A DNA stretch of 50,984 nucleotides from Euryarchaeota archaeon UBA561 (GCA_002502295.1 DANX01000012.1:1-50984); one strand, 5' to 3'. Positions 36,506-45,357 are shown, counted from the first letter of the stretch. The notes: generated by a model not told the origin, from the sequence alone. Program-made: numbers and translations.

Positions 36506-37381
36506 ATGGCAGAACTCAAAGATCTTCTTGATGAGCGACGAAAGATGGTTGACAAGAAAGCAACACAACATCGTGAAATTCGAGATGATTGGAATGAGAA
36601 AACCAAAGAATTCACCGGCACACGAAACGAACTGAACAACGAAGTCAGAGAACTTATCGTCCAAGTCCGTGAACAACGGGACTTGCGGGACCAAATGAAC
36701 GAGATGGTTCGTGAAAAGAAGCGAGAGCGAGAAGAAGCCAACAAAACCGTCCGCGAAGCCAAGGAATCCATGCGTCAGGGCCAACCTGAGCAACCTCAGC
36801 AATTCGACCGTCGTGGGCGACCGATTCGCCCCGACACCGTCCAATCGTTGACCAGAACCATGGAGCGCCTCGAACGAGAATTTGAACAAGGCAAGCATCA
36901 AGGGAAAAACGAGCGCAAATACTTCAAGAAAATGAAGGAGCTGAACGCCAAGCGTAAAGCACTCAAAGCCGCACAAGTCGCAACAGAAAACGCAGAGGGA
37001 AGCAGCGAACTGCGAGACGCCATTGCACTCCAGGAATCCGCTCACAATGCGGTTACCGAAGCTGCAGAAGCAGCACAGAGCGCCCACGACAACATGCTTC
37101 AATGGAACGCTGAAGTTGATCGTCAGCGTGAAAAAGCCGAAGCAGCCCATCGTAAACTCCGCACCTCAAAGAAGGAAGCAGACAAAGAGCACAGCCTCTA
37201 CATTGTATCCCTTCGATGCTTGCACTCAATCCAAGACATTCTTCGGGCCATGCGTGGTGCGAGCGCCGGCCAAGGCCAGCGACCTGCCGCAAGCGATCAA
37301 ACACAGGATTTGATGGCCAAACTGTTGGCTGGAGAAACGCTTTCAACCGAGGAACTGATGCAACTCCAACGATTTGATTGA
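36506..37381 (+). CDS. COG1340-type archaeal coiled-coil protein (paralogue 3)
   Basis: 291 aa. LLDERRKMVDKKATQHREIRDDWNEKTKEF..RNELNNEVRELIVQVREQRDLRDQMNEMVREKK... is followed by a second coiled coil. The C-terminus reads LMAKLLAGETLSTEELMQLQRFD. Confidence 0.7.
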   Translation: MAELKDLLDERRKMVDKKATQHREIRDDWNEKTKEFTGTRNELNNEVRELIVQVREQRDLRDQMNEMVREKKREREEANKTVREAKESMRQGQPEQPQQFDRRGRPIRPDTVQSLTRTMERLEREFEQGKHQGKNERKYFKKMKELNAKRKALKAAQVATENAEGSSELRDAIALQESAHNAVTEAAEAAQSAHDNMLQWNAEVDRQREKAEAAHRKLRTSKKEADKEHSLYIVSLRCLHSIQDILRAMRGASAGQGQRPAASDQTQDLMAKLLAGETLSTEELMQLQRFD

Positions 37382-37427
37382 ACCAAATCGTGCGGATACA
37401 TCAAAAACCCCCAACTTAGCACTGTGC

Positions 37428-38600
37428 ATGGACGTGGTATGCATGATTGGCCATTCAGACATCGCCTCTATCGTGGAGGAATACGACCGATTGAAACTTC
37501 GAATTGGGATGACGGCCTCCCATTCGGCCTTGGACATCTGCGACGGCGCCATCGAGGAAGGCTTCCCAACGGTGGCTTACTGCAAAGAAGGACGACACAA
37601 GACCTATGCGAACTACTTCAAGACGCATCGAAGCTCATCTGGCCGCGTGTTTCGAGGCATGGTTGACAAAGCGATTGTACTCAACGACTTCAACGATGTT
37701 CTGGATCAAAACATGCAGGCCGAAATGCGAAAAAGAAACGTGATATACATCCCGAATCGGTCGTTTACTTCCTACTCTTCAATCACCGACATTGAGGAAA
37801 ACTTCCGCGTCCCCATGTTTGGTTCCCGAAACATGCTCAGGATGGAAGAGCGCACCGAAGATCAGGACTACTATTGGATTCTCGAAAAGGCCGGCCTTCC
37901 ATACCCGGAAAAAATTGACAGTCCCGAAGACATCGATTGCTTGGTGATCGTCAAACTCCATCACGCCCAAAAGAAACTTGAGCGAGGATTCTTCACTTGT
38001 GCCTCTCACAAAGAATACCAAGAAAAGTCGGCCGCTTTGCTCGCAGAGGGTGTAATTGACCAAGCCTCACTGGACGGCGCACGTATCGAGCGGTACGTCA
38101 TCGGCCCTGTGTTCAATTTGAACTTCTTCTACAGCCCTCTTGCTGAAGAAGGTGAGCGGCTTGAGCTCCTGGGCGTGGACTGGCGCTTTGAGTCCTCGCT
38201 TGATGGCCATGTGCGTCTGCCTGCTCCCCAACAAATGACCATGCCTCTTCATCAGCAAATACCTGAGATGACGGTGGTCGGACACAACACAGCGACCATT
38301 CGAGAATCGTTGCTCGAAAAGGCGTTTGAACTTGGAGAGAAATTCATCAAGGCAAGCAAAGAGCACTACGATCCGGGCATCATTGGTCCCTTTTGTTTGC
38401 AAACTTGCATTGACAAGGACATGAATTACTACATCTACGATGTAGCACCACGCCTCGGCGGCGGAACCAACGTACACGTTAGTGTTGGACACCCCTACGG
38501 AAATGCTACGTGGCGCAAGCCAATGTCCAGCGGTCGCCGAATCGCCATGGAACTCCGCATGGCTGCTGAGCAAGATCGGTTGCTCGAAGTCTTGACGTGA
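37428..38600 (+). CDS. purP: 5-formaminoimidazole-4-carboxamide ribonucleotide (FAICAR) synthetase PurP
   Basis: The N-terminus is IASIVEEYDRLKLRIGMTASHSALDICDGAIEEGFPTV, followed by an ATP-grasp body. The track start is 37374. The ATG at 37428 or 37443 fits PurP N-termini better. Confidence 0.85.
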   Translation: MDVVCMIGHSDIASIVEEYDRLKLRIGMTASHSALDICDGAIEEGFPTVAYCKEGRHKTYANYFKTHRSSSGRVFRGMVDKAIVLNDFNDVLDQNMQAEMRKRNVIYIPNRSFTSYSSITDIEENFRVPMFGSRNMLRMEERTEDQDYYWILEKAGLPYPEKIDSPEDIDCLVIVKLHHAQKKLERGFFTCASHKEYQEKSAALLAEGVIDQASLDGARIERYVIGPVFNLNFFYSPLAEEGERLELLGVDWRFESSLDGHVRLPAPQQMTMPLHQQIPEMTVVGHNTATIRESLLEKAFELGEKFIKASKEHYDPGIIGPFCLQTCIDKDMNYYIYDVAPRLGGGTNVHVSVGHPYGNATWRKPMSSGRRIAMELRMAAEQDRLLEVLT

Positions 38601-38634
38601 AGACTCAAACCTTTTGATTCAACCAAGGGCGGCG

Positions 38635-40497
38635 TCAGATCACAACATCGTAGAACGTCTCGTTCGCCATGTCGTACCACGGATTTATTCCAACATCACT
38701 CGTGCCGTCGTAGTATCCCGTTGACTCAACAAAATAGTACAAGACATCTGCTTTCTCTCCGACGCCATTCACGCTCCAACCTGAATGGTTCTCGAGGGCC
38801 ACGACCGGCCAAGCATGGCCTCCCCATTCGTCGTCTTCACTCGCTTTAACGGTCCCAAGCATCAGGGCTGCATCATAGCCAAGGTGTTCAACAAGACTGA
38901 TGAAAAGAGCACTGGAATCTTCACAATCTCCGCTTCGATCGTAAAGCATCTCCAATGGATATTTCGGGTATTCCGTGTAGTTGGTGGAATCAATGTCGTA
39001 GGCATACGGTATCTGTCCAACAAAGGCGTAGATGTACCGCAAGACGTCAAGGTCCGAAACAGCACCTTGCTCCAATGCCATTGCAGAGAGGTTGTTGGCC
39101 AGGCCCATGACGGTCGGGTCCTTGGGTGTGGCAAAGGCCGCATATTGGGGAATGACATCGGCGTGAGTGTAGGCATTTGACCAATCAATGGCGTGATTCA
39201 TGTATCGATACATCATGTAATCGGCATAGGTCGTGACCACGGTAAGCGAATGACTTGTGCCCTCAAACATCCATGTGTAATCGATGGTAGTCATCCCAAG
39301 ATAATCAATGGGAAGCAGGGAGAATTCCAACGAACCTGCATCACCGTCGCCGCTCCCATTGGTGATGAATGAGAGGTTTTCAGAGGTCGAGATACTGTCG
39401 TATACCATGGTGAAGTCCAGCATGTTGGCCTCGGGATTGATGTCGATTTTATCATCAACAATCGGGTCTCTGTCGTACACAGAAAGCTGAATCCAATGGT
39501 AGCGCAACGATTCATCGAGGTTGTGGTAGTGACTGACATTGATGGGGACCGTTTCTCCAACTGTCGCCGTCACATAACCTGTGCCGTGCTGGCAAACTTC
39601 AGACCCGTTGTTGATCGCGATGCAAAAATACATCTCGCCCTGGTTTGAGAACCAATCCACGGCGTCGAAAAGCGTGAAGGCTTCAAGCCGTACAAGTACA
39701 CCAACGTCTTTTCCTGGGTTCATGTCCTGCTCATCCAGGAAACCGTCGTTGTCATCATCAGCATCAGCGTTGTCTCCCGTCCCATCTCGGTCAGCATCTG
39801 CCCATTCCGTTGTGTCGTATGGAAACAGGTCGCTGTTATCACCCCACCCGTCACCGTCGGCATCAAACTGTTCGGCCGGGTCATCGGGAAAAGCATCGCC
39901 ATTGTCCCCTGTGCCGTCTCCATCACTATCGTTCCATTCACTCGGATTGAGGGGGAAGACATCCTCAAGGTCGGAGGTGCCATCGTTGTCATCATCCAGG
40001 TCCTCAACGACATCATGGCAACCATCACCATCTGCATCCGTTATGCTTGAACGAATCCAGTCAACCTCACCCTTTGGGCAAAGATCAACGGCGTCCGTCA
40101 AGGCGTCATCATCATCGTCATCGTCTTCCTTTTCATCATGGCAACCATCGCCATCATGGTCGCTTACCGCATCTGATATCCAATCCGAAACACCATCAAA
40201 ACAAGCATCAATTCCGTTGTTGAGGCCGTCGCCGTCAAGATCGTTTGGGTCCTGGTCCGAGAGATTCCAAAGCCAGACCGCCACAACGGACGACACCAAC
40301 AAAAAACCCACAAGGACCGTGGCAAGGACGATACCAGGCGAGCGAATGGAGGTTCGTTGTGTGGAGATGTCAGACTGACGTATCGGCATTTCTTCATCGT
40401 TTGGCCCAACATCCGAAGCCGTTGGGTGGTTCTTTTCAATCTCTTCGCCATCAAGGAGGTTTTGAGCGGATGTCCAGAACTCATCCAGTTCGCCCAT
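38635..40497 (-). CDS. Membrane-anchored transglutaminase-like cysteine protease-fold protein with an Asp-rich Ca-binding stalk
   Basis: 620 aa. The N-terminal TM is IVLATVLVGFLLVSSVVAVWLW. DxDxDG repeats span residues 81-258 (39724-40257). The C-terminal core is RSGDCEDSSALFISL...GHAWPVV (Cys codon at 38923-38925), a transglutaminase-like C/H arrangement. Confidence 0.75.
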   Translation of the reverse strand: MGELDEFWTSAQNLLDGEEIEKNHPTASDVGPNDEEMPIRQSDISTQRTSIRSPGIVLATVLVGFLLVSSVVAVWLWNLSDQDPNDLDGDGLNNGIDACFDGVSDWISDAVSDHDGDGCHDEKEDDDDDDDALTDAVDLCPKGEVDWIRSSITDADGDGCHDVVEDLDDDNDGTSDLEDVFPLNPSEWNDSDGDGTGDNGDAFPDDPAEQFDADGDGWGDNSDLFPYDTTEWADADRDGTGDNADADDDNDGFLDEQDMNPGKDVGVLVRLEAFTLFDAVDWFSNQGEMYFCIAINNGSEVCQHGTGYVTATVGETVPINVSHYHNLDESLRYHWIQLSVYDRDPIVDDKIDINPEANMLDFTMVYDSISTSENLSFITNGSGDGDAGSLEFSLLPIDYLGMTTIDYTWMFEGTSHSLTVVTTYADYMMYRYMNHAIDWSNAYTHADVIPQYAAFATPKDPTVMGLANNLSAMALEQGAVSDLDVLRYIYAFVGQIPYAYDIDSTNYTEYPKYPLEMLYDRSGDCEDSSALFISLVEHLGYDAALMLGTVKASEDDEWGGHAWPVVALENHSGWSVNGVGEKADVLYYFVESTGYYDGTSDVGINPWYDMANETFYDVVI

Positions 40498-40552
40498 GTA
40501 ACTAACCTTGCCGTGCGAGACCTATTACGGTTCTTCCGTCATCGAAGGCCGT

Positions 40553-43500
40553 TCAACCTTCGTAAGGTAGCCATTGTTCCGAGGACGCATCGTAGTAGGA
40601 CAACTGGCCGTTGGCTTCTCGTGACCAATGAACACCGTCCTCTTCCCACTGCTGCGTTTCAGACTCCTCAAGCACTGGGATTTCCTTTCCGTCGCCCATG
40701 TTTTCCTCCGTAGCAGCGTCCAATGAATCCATCATTTCATCAAACGGTCCAGACGTCGTCAGCTCTGGCTTTCGAGTGTAGAAATAACCGCCACCGCCGA
40801 GGAGACCAATGAGAAGCAAGGCGATGACCGCATAGAGAAGACCGTTTCCGGATTCTTCAACTTCTGCTTGGCTTCGAGTGGCATCTTCAGGATAAGCATC
40901 CCAGCGGTCAGCGACCCCGTCGTTGTCTGTATCAACCGATTCATTGGCATCGAATTTGAAGGCGTCTTCTGCATCATTCACACCATCGCCATCGGAATCG
41001 AGTTGGACGAGAGCACATCCAACAACATCAATCAACTCTCCTTCGGGCGTGTTTGGGCACTCGTCAAGATGGTTCTTGATGCCGTCCGTATCGTCGTCTT
41101 TTTGTTGCTCAGAACACCCATCAATGTCCACTCGCTGGGTGGTGGGTGTGTCGGGACAGAGGTCTTTGTTGTTCATGATTTCATCTTGATCGGCATCCTT
41201 CTGCGAATCTGAACAACCCGTTGGATCAACTTGCTCACCTTTTGGGGTGGCTGGACAGGTATCATCGGCATCAGAAACACCGTCGCTGTCCGCGTCCCGT
41301 TGATTGGTAGCGCATCCCAACATGTCAACGTTCAACCCGTTTTCTGTTCCCGGGCAGTTGTCAATGTGATCGGTAACTCCGTCTCCGTCGCTGTCTTTTT
41401 GAGACGGTGAACATCCTTGAATGTCGGCATTTTCTGAGAACGGTGTGTTATCACAGACATCTGAGGCATCGACGACACCGTCGTCATCGCTATCACGTTC
41501 GGAAGCAGCACATCCAACACCGTTTACGGGTTCTCCAGTTGTGGTGGTGGGACACTCATCGCGGTCATCGTTGATCGTATCTCCATCGCTGTCCAGTTGG
41601 CTGGCAGCGCAACCTGCAGCGTCAACGATCGCTCCGAGTGGCGTGTTGGCACAGGCATCAAAGGCATCCATTACACCGTCATTATCAGCGTCTTCTTGGC
41701 TGCTCGAACAGCCAACGTTGTCAACCGTTTCACCTGCAGGCGTGTCAGGACATGCGTCGTTCGCATCGCTCACCCCGTCCATATCAGCATCGAGTTGAGA
41801 GGCGGAACAGCCGTTCACATCAACGGCTTCACCGGCTGGTGTGTCCAAGCAAAGGTCAGGCGAGTTACCGTTCGCATTGTCCCCATAACCATCGCCATCA
41901 GCGTCTCTCCACTGGGTTGGGTCGTTCGGGAACGCATCTGCGTTCAGGCCAGCGGCGTTGTTACCGTAGCCATCACCGTCGCTGTCCGCCCACTGGGTGG
42001 AATCGTTCGGGAAGGCGTCCGGTGAAGTCCCCGCTTGGTTGTCGCCGTAGCCATCATCGTCCGAATCAAACCATTGGCTGGCATCGCTTGGGAACTTGTC
42101 TGCATTGTTGCCCTGCGGATTATCACCGTAGCCATCTCCGTCAGCATCCTCCCATTGTGTGCCGTCGGCAGGGAATTGGTCAGGTGTTGTGCCGTTGGGA
42201 TTGTCCCCGTAGCCGTCTCCGTCTGCGTCAGACCACTGACTCACATCGTTCGGAAAAGCGTCGCCGTTGGTACCGGAGGAGTTGTCACCAAAACCATCGC
42301 CGTCGCTATCCGCCCATTGTGAACTGTCCGATGGCCAGGCGTCGGGGTTGTTGCCACTGGCATTGTCGCCGTATCCGTCGCCATCGGCATCGGACCACTG
42401 GGTTGGGTCAGTTGGGAAGGCGTCAGGATAGGTTCCGTTGGCGTTATCGCCATACCCATCGCCGTCCATGTCAGACCACTGACTTGCATCGTTCGGGAAA
42501 TCATCCGCCATGTTGCCACTCGCGTTGTCGCCATATCCATCGCCGTCCATGTCAGACCATTGCGTGGCATCGGAAGGGAAAGCGTCCACATCATCGTTGT
42601 ACCCATCGCCGTCGGTGTCTCTCTGGGAGAGGGCACATCCGTATTGGTCCACCATGGACCCTGCCGTTGTACTTGGACAAAGGTCCGATTCGTTTGGAAC
42701 GCCATCACCATCGTCGTCTTGAACCAAATTGAAGCAGTCCGAGTCCCCGATGAGTTGCACCGAGAGGTTCGAATAAAGATCGACATGAACGCAGTAGGTA
42801 CCGGATGCGTTTGGCGTTGAGTAGGTAAAACTGGGGAGGCTCATGTTTTGCGCCGTGGCGGTAAAACCGGTCATGGACGACGTCGCCAAATTAGCATTGG
42901 ATGCATCGGTAACTCGGTATTGATACTGATAGGCGTCACCCACCACCAAGTCAAGCCCTTCTGCCTGAACATTGTTCGTTGATGAGGCTGAACTCGCTGA
43001 ATAAGCAGCGATAACGAGGGTTGGCAGTTGTGGGATAAAGTCGTAGAAATGCAATCCGCTGAAGTTATCGTTGTTGCTGAGGTTAACGGTTGTGCCGTTG
43101 ATGGCGATGTAAGCGAGGAAGAGGTGCTCGTTCATGGTGGTCGGACCCGTCCAGTTGATTTGGTATGAGGTTGAAGTGTTGGTCGGCGTCAAATACCACA
43201 TATCGGAGTCGATCATTGAATGATTGACGGCCGCATTGACATCGTTGGAAACCGTGAAATTGTTCGCCCACTCGACATAATCTAAGACGGCCCATTCAAC
43301 CACATAATCTGTCCCGATGCTGAGGTTGGTCAGTTCAATATCACCCGTGGTTGATGATGTTGCTTCGATTTCCACCATCTCGATGTAGAGCGCATCCATG
43401 TCCGTGTTCAAGGCTGCGCCTGAGGCGTCAAACAGCGTTGAGGAAACGAGGAGCGATGATTCATTGTTGGTTGCAGCGATGCTGATGTTAACGCTGTGGG

Positions 43501-44608
43501 TTGAATTTGTGGCGTTGAAGGTGCCGTTGCTTGACGGGCCCCAATGCTCGTCGTCATCGAGGTGAATCTGCCCGTATGTGTGGTTGTAATTGTAGGTGGT
43601 GCCGCTGGTTAAACCGGAGAACAAAAGCGTTGCGTGGGTGGTGTTGATGATGTTCACATCAACAAATTGCGACGATTGCCCGCCTCCGGGGTTATCGGTC
43701 GTGATTTCAATATCGTAGGTGTTGGTCGCACCAGACCAGCCGTAGACGTCGACGTAGGTTGTTTGGTTGGCGGTCGCCGTCACCTGCATGTATTCTACGT
43801 TGCTGGTGCTACCAGAACTGTCCAAAAAACCACCTGTGGCAGTGTCCCAACCCGTGTCCAAATCTCCGCTGATGTGGTTCAAAGTGACGTTGACGTAGTA
43901 GGTAACCCCGGCCGTCATGTCAATTTCAAAGTAATCCACATCAGTGGATGTGTGGATGGAAAGGCCAGTACAAGTGAGGGGAAGGAGGGAGGCCGAAGTG
44001 GCCGTGGTTGTCGAATCGTTGGGCTCAAGAATGTCTTGAGTTACTGTGCCCGCACCCGTGCAATTGGTCACAGAAGAACCGTTGCCACCTCCGGTTGAAC
44101 TTGTCGTGAATTTCCAAATGGTGAGGTTGTACGACCAGTTTGAATTTGAACTGAACAAGTACCCGTAAATCTCGATGTAAACCATGCCACCGTGCGTGGA
44201 ACCGTTGGTTGTCACTGTTTCCGGATTGTTCATGTATGAATCATCGATGACGTTCTGAGCGGTTGAGTCATAAATTGTCAAGTCAAAATCATCCGACGAA
44301 TCAAAGGAGAGTTCGACTGCCAAACCTTCGTTTGAGCCCAAACTGACCCTCAAATAATCGTATTCGTCAGTGGATGAATAAAGCTCACCTGATCCGTTAA
44401 CGGATGCACTGAACACCAGGTTTGGTATCGTTGTCAGCGAGGAGAGGTTGTCTGGCAAGTCTCCACCCGACGTCCCAATATCGCTTTGATTTGGCCCCAC
44501 TGCGCTGACGGCCGGTGAAAGCGATACCATCATTGATGCAAGAACGAGCATTAAGGTCAAGACTGTGGCTCGACCTTGCTGTACAGATTGTTTCCCGGGG
44601 GCGTTCAT
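40553..44608 (-). CDS. Giant (1351 aa) surface protein: signal peptide, two PPC-like beta domains, beta-rich middle, nested Ca-binding repeat arrays, C-terminal TM and acidic cytoplasmic tail
   Basis: The N-terminus is hydrophobic. DEYDYLRVSL...DFDLTIYD and EPNDS...DVDYFEIDM..GVTYYV resemble pre-peptidase C-terminal domains. Residues 631-1240 are Asp-rich repeats. The TM GLLYAVIALLLIGLLGGGGYFY lies at 40778-40843. Confidence 0.8.
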   Translation of the reverse strand: MNAPGKQSVQQGRATVLTLMLVLASMMVSLSPAVSAVGPNQSDIGTSGGDLPDNLSSLTTIPNLVFSASVNGSGELYSSTDEYDYLRVSLGSNEGLAVELSFDSSDDFDLTIYDSTAQNVIDDSYMNNPETVTTNGSTHGGMVYIEIYGYLFSSNSNWSYNLTIWKFTTSSTGGGNGSSVTNCTGAGTVTQDILEPNDSTTTATSASLLPLTCTGLSIHTSTDVDYFEIDMTAGVTYYVNVTLNHISGDLDTGWDTATGGFLDSSGSTSNVEYMQVTATANQTTYVDVYGWSGATNTYDIEITTDNPGGGQSSQFVDVNIINTTHATLLFSGLTSGTTYNYNHTYGQIHLDDDEHWGPSSNGTFNATNSTHSVNISIAATNNESSLLVSSTLFDASGAALNTDMDALYIEMVEIEATSSTTGDIELTNLSIGTDYVVEWAVLDYVEWANNFTVSNDVNAAVNHSMIDSDMWYLTPTNTSTSYQINWTGPTTMNEHLFLAYIAINGTTVNLSNNDNFSGLHFYDFIPQLPTLVIAAYSASSASSTNNVQAEGLDLVVGDAYQYQYRVTDASNANLATSSMTGFTATAQNMSLPSFTYSTPNASGTYCVHVDLYSNLSVQLIGDSDCFNLVQDDDGDGVPNESDLCPSTTAGSMVDQYGCALSQRDTDGDGYNDDVDAFPSDATQWSDMDGDGYGDNASGNMADDFPNDASQWSDMDGDGYGDNANGTYPDAFPTDPTQWSDADGDGYGDNASGNNPDAWPSDSSQWADSDGDGFGDNSSGTNGDAFPNDVSQWSDADGDGYGDNPNGTTPDQFPADGTQWEDADGDGYGDNPQGNNADKFPSDASQWFDSDDDGYGDNQAGTSPDAFPNDSTQWADSDGDGYGNNAAGLNADAFPNDPTQWRDADGDGYGDNANGNSPDLCLDTPAGEAVDVNGCSASQLDADMDGVSDANDACPDTPAGETVDNVGCSSSQEDADNDGVMDAFDACANTPLGAIVDAAGCAASQLDSDGDTINDDRDECPTTTTGEPVNGVGCAASERDSDDDGVVDASDVCDNTPFSENADIQGCSPSQKDSDGDGVTDHIDNCPGTENGLNVDMLGCATNQRDADSDGVSDADDTCPATPKGEQVDPTGCSDSQKDADQDEIMNNKDLCPDTPTTQRVDIDGCSEQQKDDDTDGIKNHLDECPNTPEGELIDVVGCALVQLDSDGDGVNDAEDAFKFDANESVDTDNDGVADRWDAYPEDATRSQAEVEESGNGLLYAVIALLLIGLLGGGGYFYTRKPELTTSGPFDEMMDSLDAATEENMGDGKEIPVLEESETQQWEEDGVHWSREANGQLSYYDASSEQWLPYEG
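40958..41854 (-). repeat. Nine in-frame tandem 99-nt (33-aa) repeats, consensus CPxTPxGxxVDxxGCxxSQxDxDxDGVxDxxDx (thrombospondin type-3-like). A tenth copy lies at 42620-42718
   Basis: The first Cys of each unit falls at residues 920, 953, 986, 1019, 1052, 1085, 1118, 1151 and 1184, exactly every 33 residues. The isolated copy has its Cys at 644, which is 33 + 9x27 residues upstream of Cys920. Confidence 0.9.
41855..42619 (-). repeat. Nine in-frame tandem 81-nt (27-aa) repeats, consensus QWxDxDGDGYGDNxxGxxxDxFPxDxT
   Basis: Trp residues fall at 684, 711, 738, 765, 792, 819, 846, 873 and 900 of the 1351-aa protein, which is exactly every 27 residues with no indel. Confidence 0.9.
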
Positions 44609-44659
44609 AAGTTTGCCAAGACTTCGAGGTATATCACGCCTGCGCCGGCTTCATCGGCC

Positions 44660-44899
44660 TCAAATGGCCGTTGGAGCCACGTGGCCGTCGCTCTTATCAT
44701 CGGGCTTTCTGACACGGGACCAAACACCGTTCATGAGGTTGTCATGGCACTGTTGGCAATAGTGGAAACGGCGGTAAGCCTCTCGGAAGGAGTATGCTTT
44801 CTTTCCGGTGGCAACCAAATACCCCTCCGGTGAGAGGCGGGAAACGATGGTGCCAACATCTCCGCAGCCGAGGAAGTCGCACGCTGGTTCACCGTCCAT
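44660..44899 (-). CDS. Small Cys-containing hypothetical protein
   Basis: 79 aa with CDFLGC near the N-terminus and CQQCH about 40 residues later, a possible metal site. No signal peptide and no family recognised. It sits between the BCCP gene and the giant surface gene. Confidence 0.4.
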   Translation of the reverse strand: MDGEPACDFLGCGDVGTIVSRLSPEGYLVATGKKAYSFREAYRRFHYCQQCHDNLMNGVWSRVRKPDDKSDGHVAPTAI

Positions 44900-44945
44900 G
44901 CCAGATAGTCTCCCCGATTCTACATTAACTCTTGGTCAATTCGCC

Positions 44946-45353
44946 TCAATCCTCGTCCTCTGAGGCTTCAGGTTCAATGACCACCAGAGGGACGTTGGCT
45001 TCAATCGCCTCTCCCTCGGAACATTCCACTGAAACAACCGTTCCAGAAACGGGTGCTTGGATTTCATTTTGCATTTTCATGGCTTCAAGAATCAAAATGA
45101 CTTGGCCCTCTGCGACGGTCTGCCCAACCGCAACTTCGACGGTGACGACCTTTCCAGGTATGTTGGCAGAGACCGTTCCAGATTTCTTCTTTTTCCGCCC
45201 TCCTGAGCGGCGAGGTTTGGCAGCAACGGCAACCTCTGGCATTTCAATGTCAAAGGTTTGTCCACCAACGGTGGCTTTCCAAGTTGTGCCCTCACCTTCA
45301 AGCTCAACTTCGTATTCCGTACCGTTGACGATTACTTTTCGAGTCTCAGACAT
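44946..45353 (-). CDS. Biotin carboxyl carrier subunit (transcarboxylase 1.3S / MmdC-like)
   Basis: 135 aa. The N-terminal KVIVNGTEYEVELE resembles the 1.3S subunit. A basic/Ala linker follows. The C-terminal biotinyl domain carries the EAMKM biotinylation motif. Confidence 0.85.
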   Translation of the reverse strand: MSETRKVIVNGTEYEVELEGEGTTWKATVGGQTFDIEMPEVAVAAKPRRSGGRKKKKSGTVSANIPGKVVTVEVAVGQTVAEGQVILILEAMKMQNEIQAPVSGTVVSVECSEGEAIEANVPLVVIEPEASEDED

Positions 45354-45357
45354 GCCT

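Noticed and set aside
36398-37150. 250-aa minus-strand ORF. Similar long antisense ORFs lie at 39581-40378, 22130-22915, 29637-30314, 38067-38573 and 15871-16308
   Set aside because: All lie opposite better-supported genes, have skewed low-complexity composition and carry no recognisable motifs. They are typical shadow ORFs in roughly 50% GC DNA.
40889-42718. Regular 81-nt and 99-nt periodicity that could superficially suggest a CRISPR-like or satellite array
   Set aside because: The repeats are in-frame protein repeats inside one long ORF. There is no repeat/spacer alternation, and the units are diverged rather than identical.
41638-42732. 364-aa plus-strand ORF (Arg/His/Cys-rich)
   Set aside because: It is antisense to the repeat region of the 1351-aa gene. 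Its periodic RR..H composition is simply the reverse-complement reading of the Asp/Gly codon repeats.
44741-44755. CQQCH in the 79-aa ORF as a c-type haem-binding site (approximate coordinates)
   Set aside because: The protein has no signal peptide or TM, and no cytochrome maturation context is nearby. A CxxC...CxxC(H) zinc site is the simpler reading. The ORF is kept only as a hypothetical small protein.
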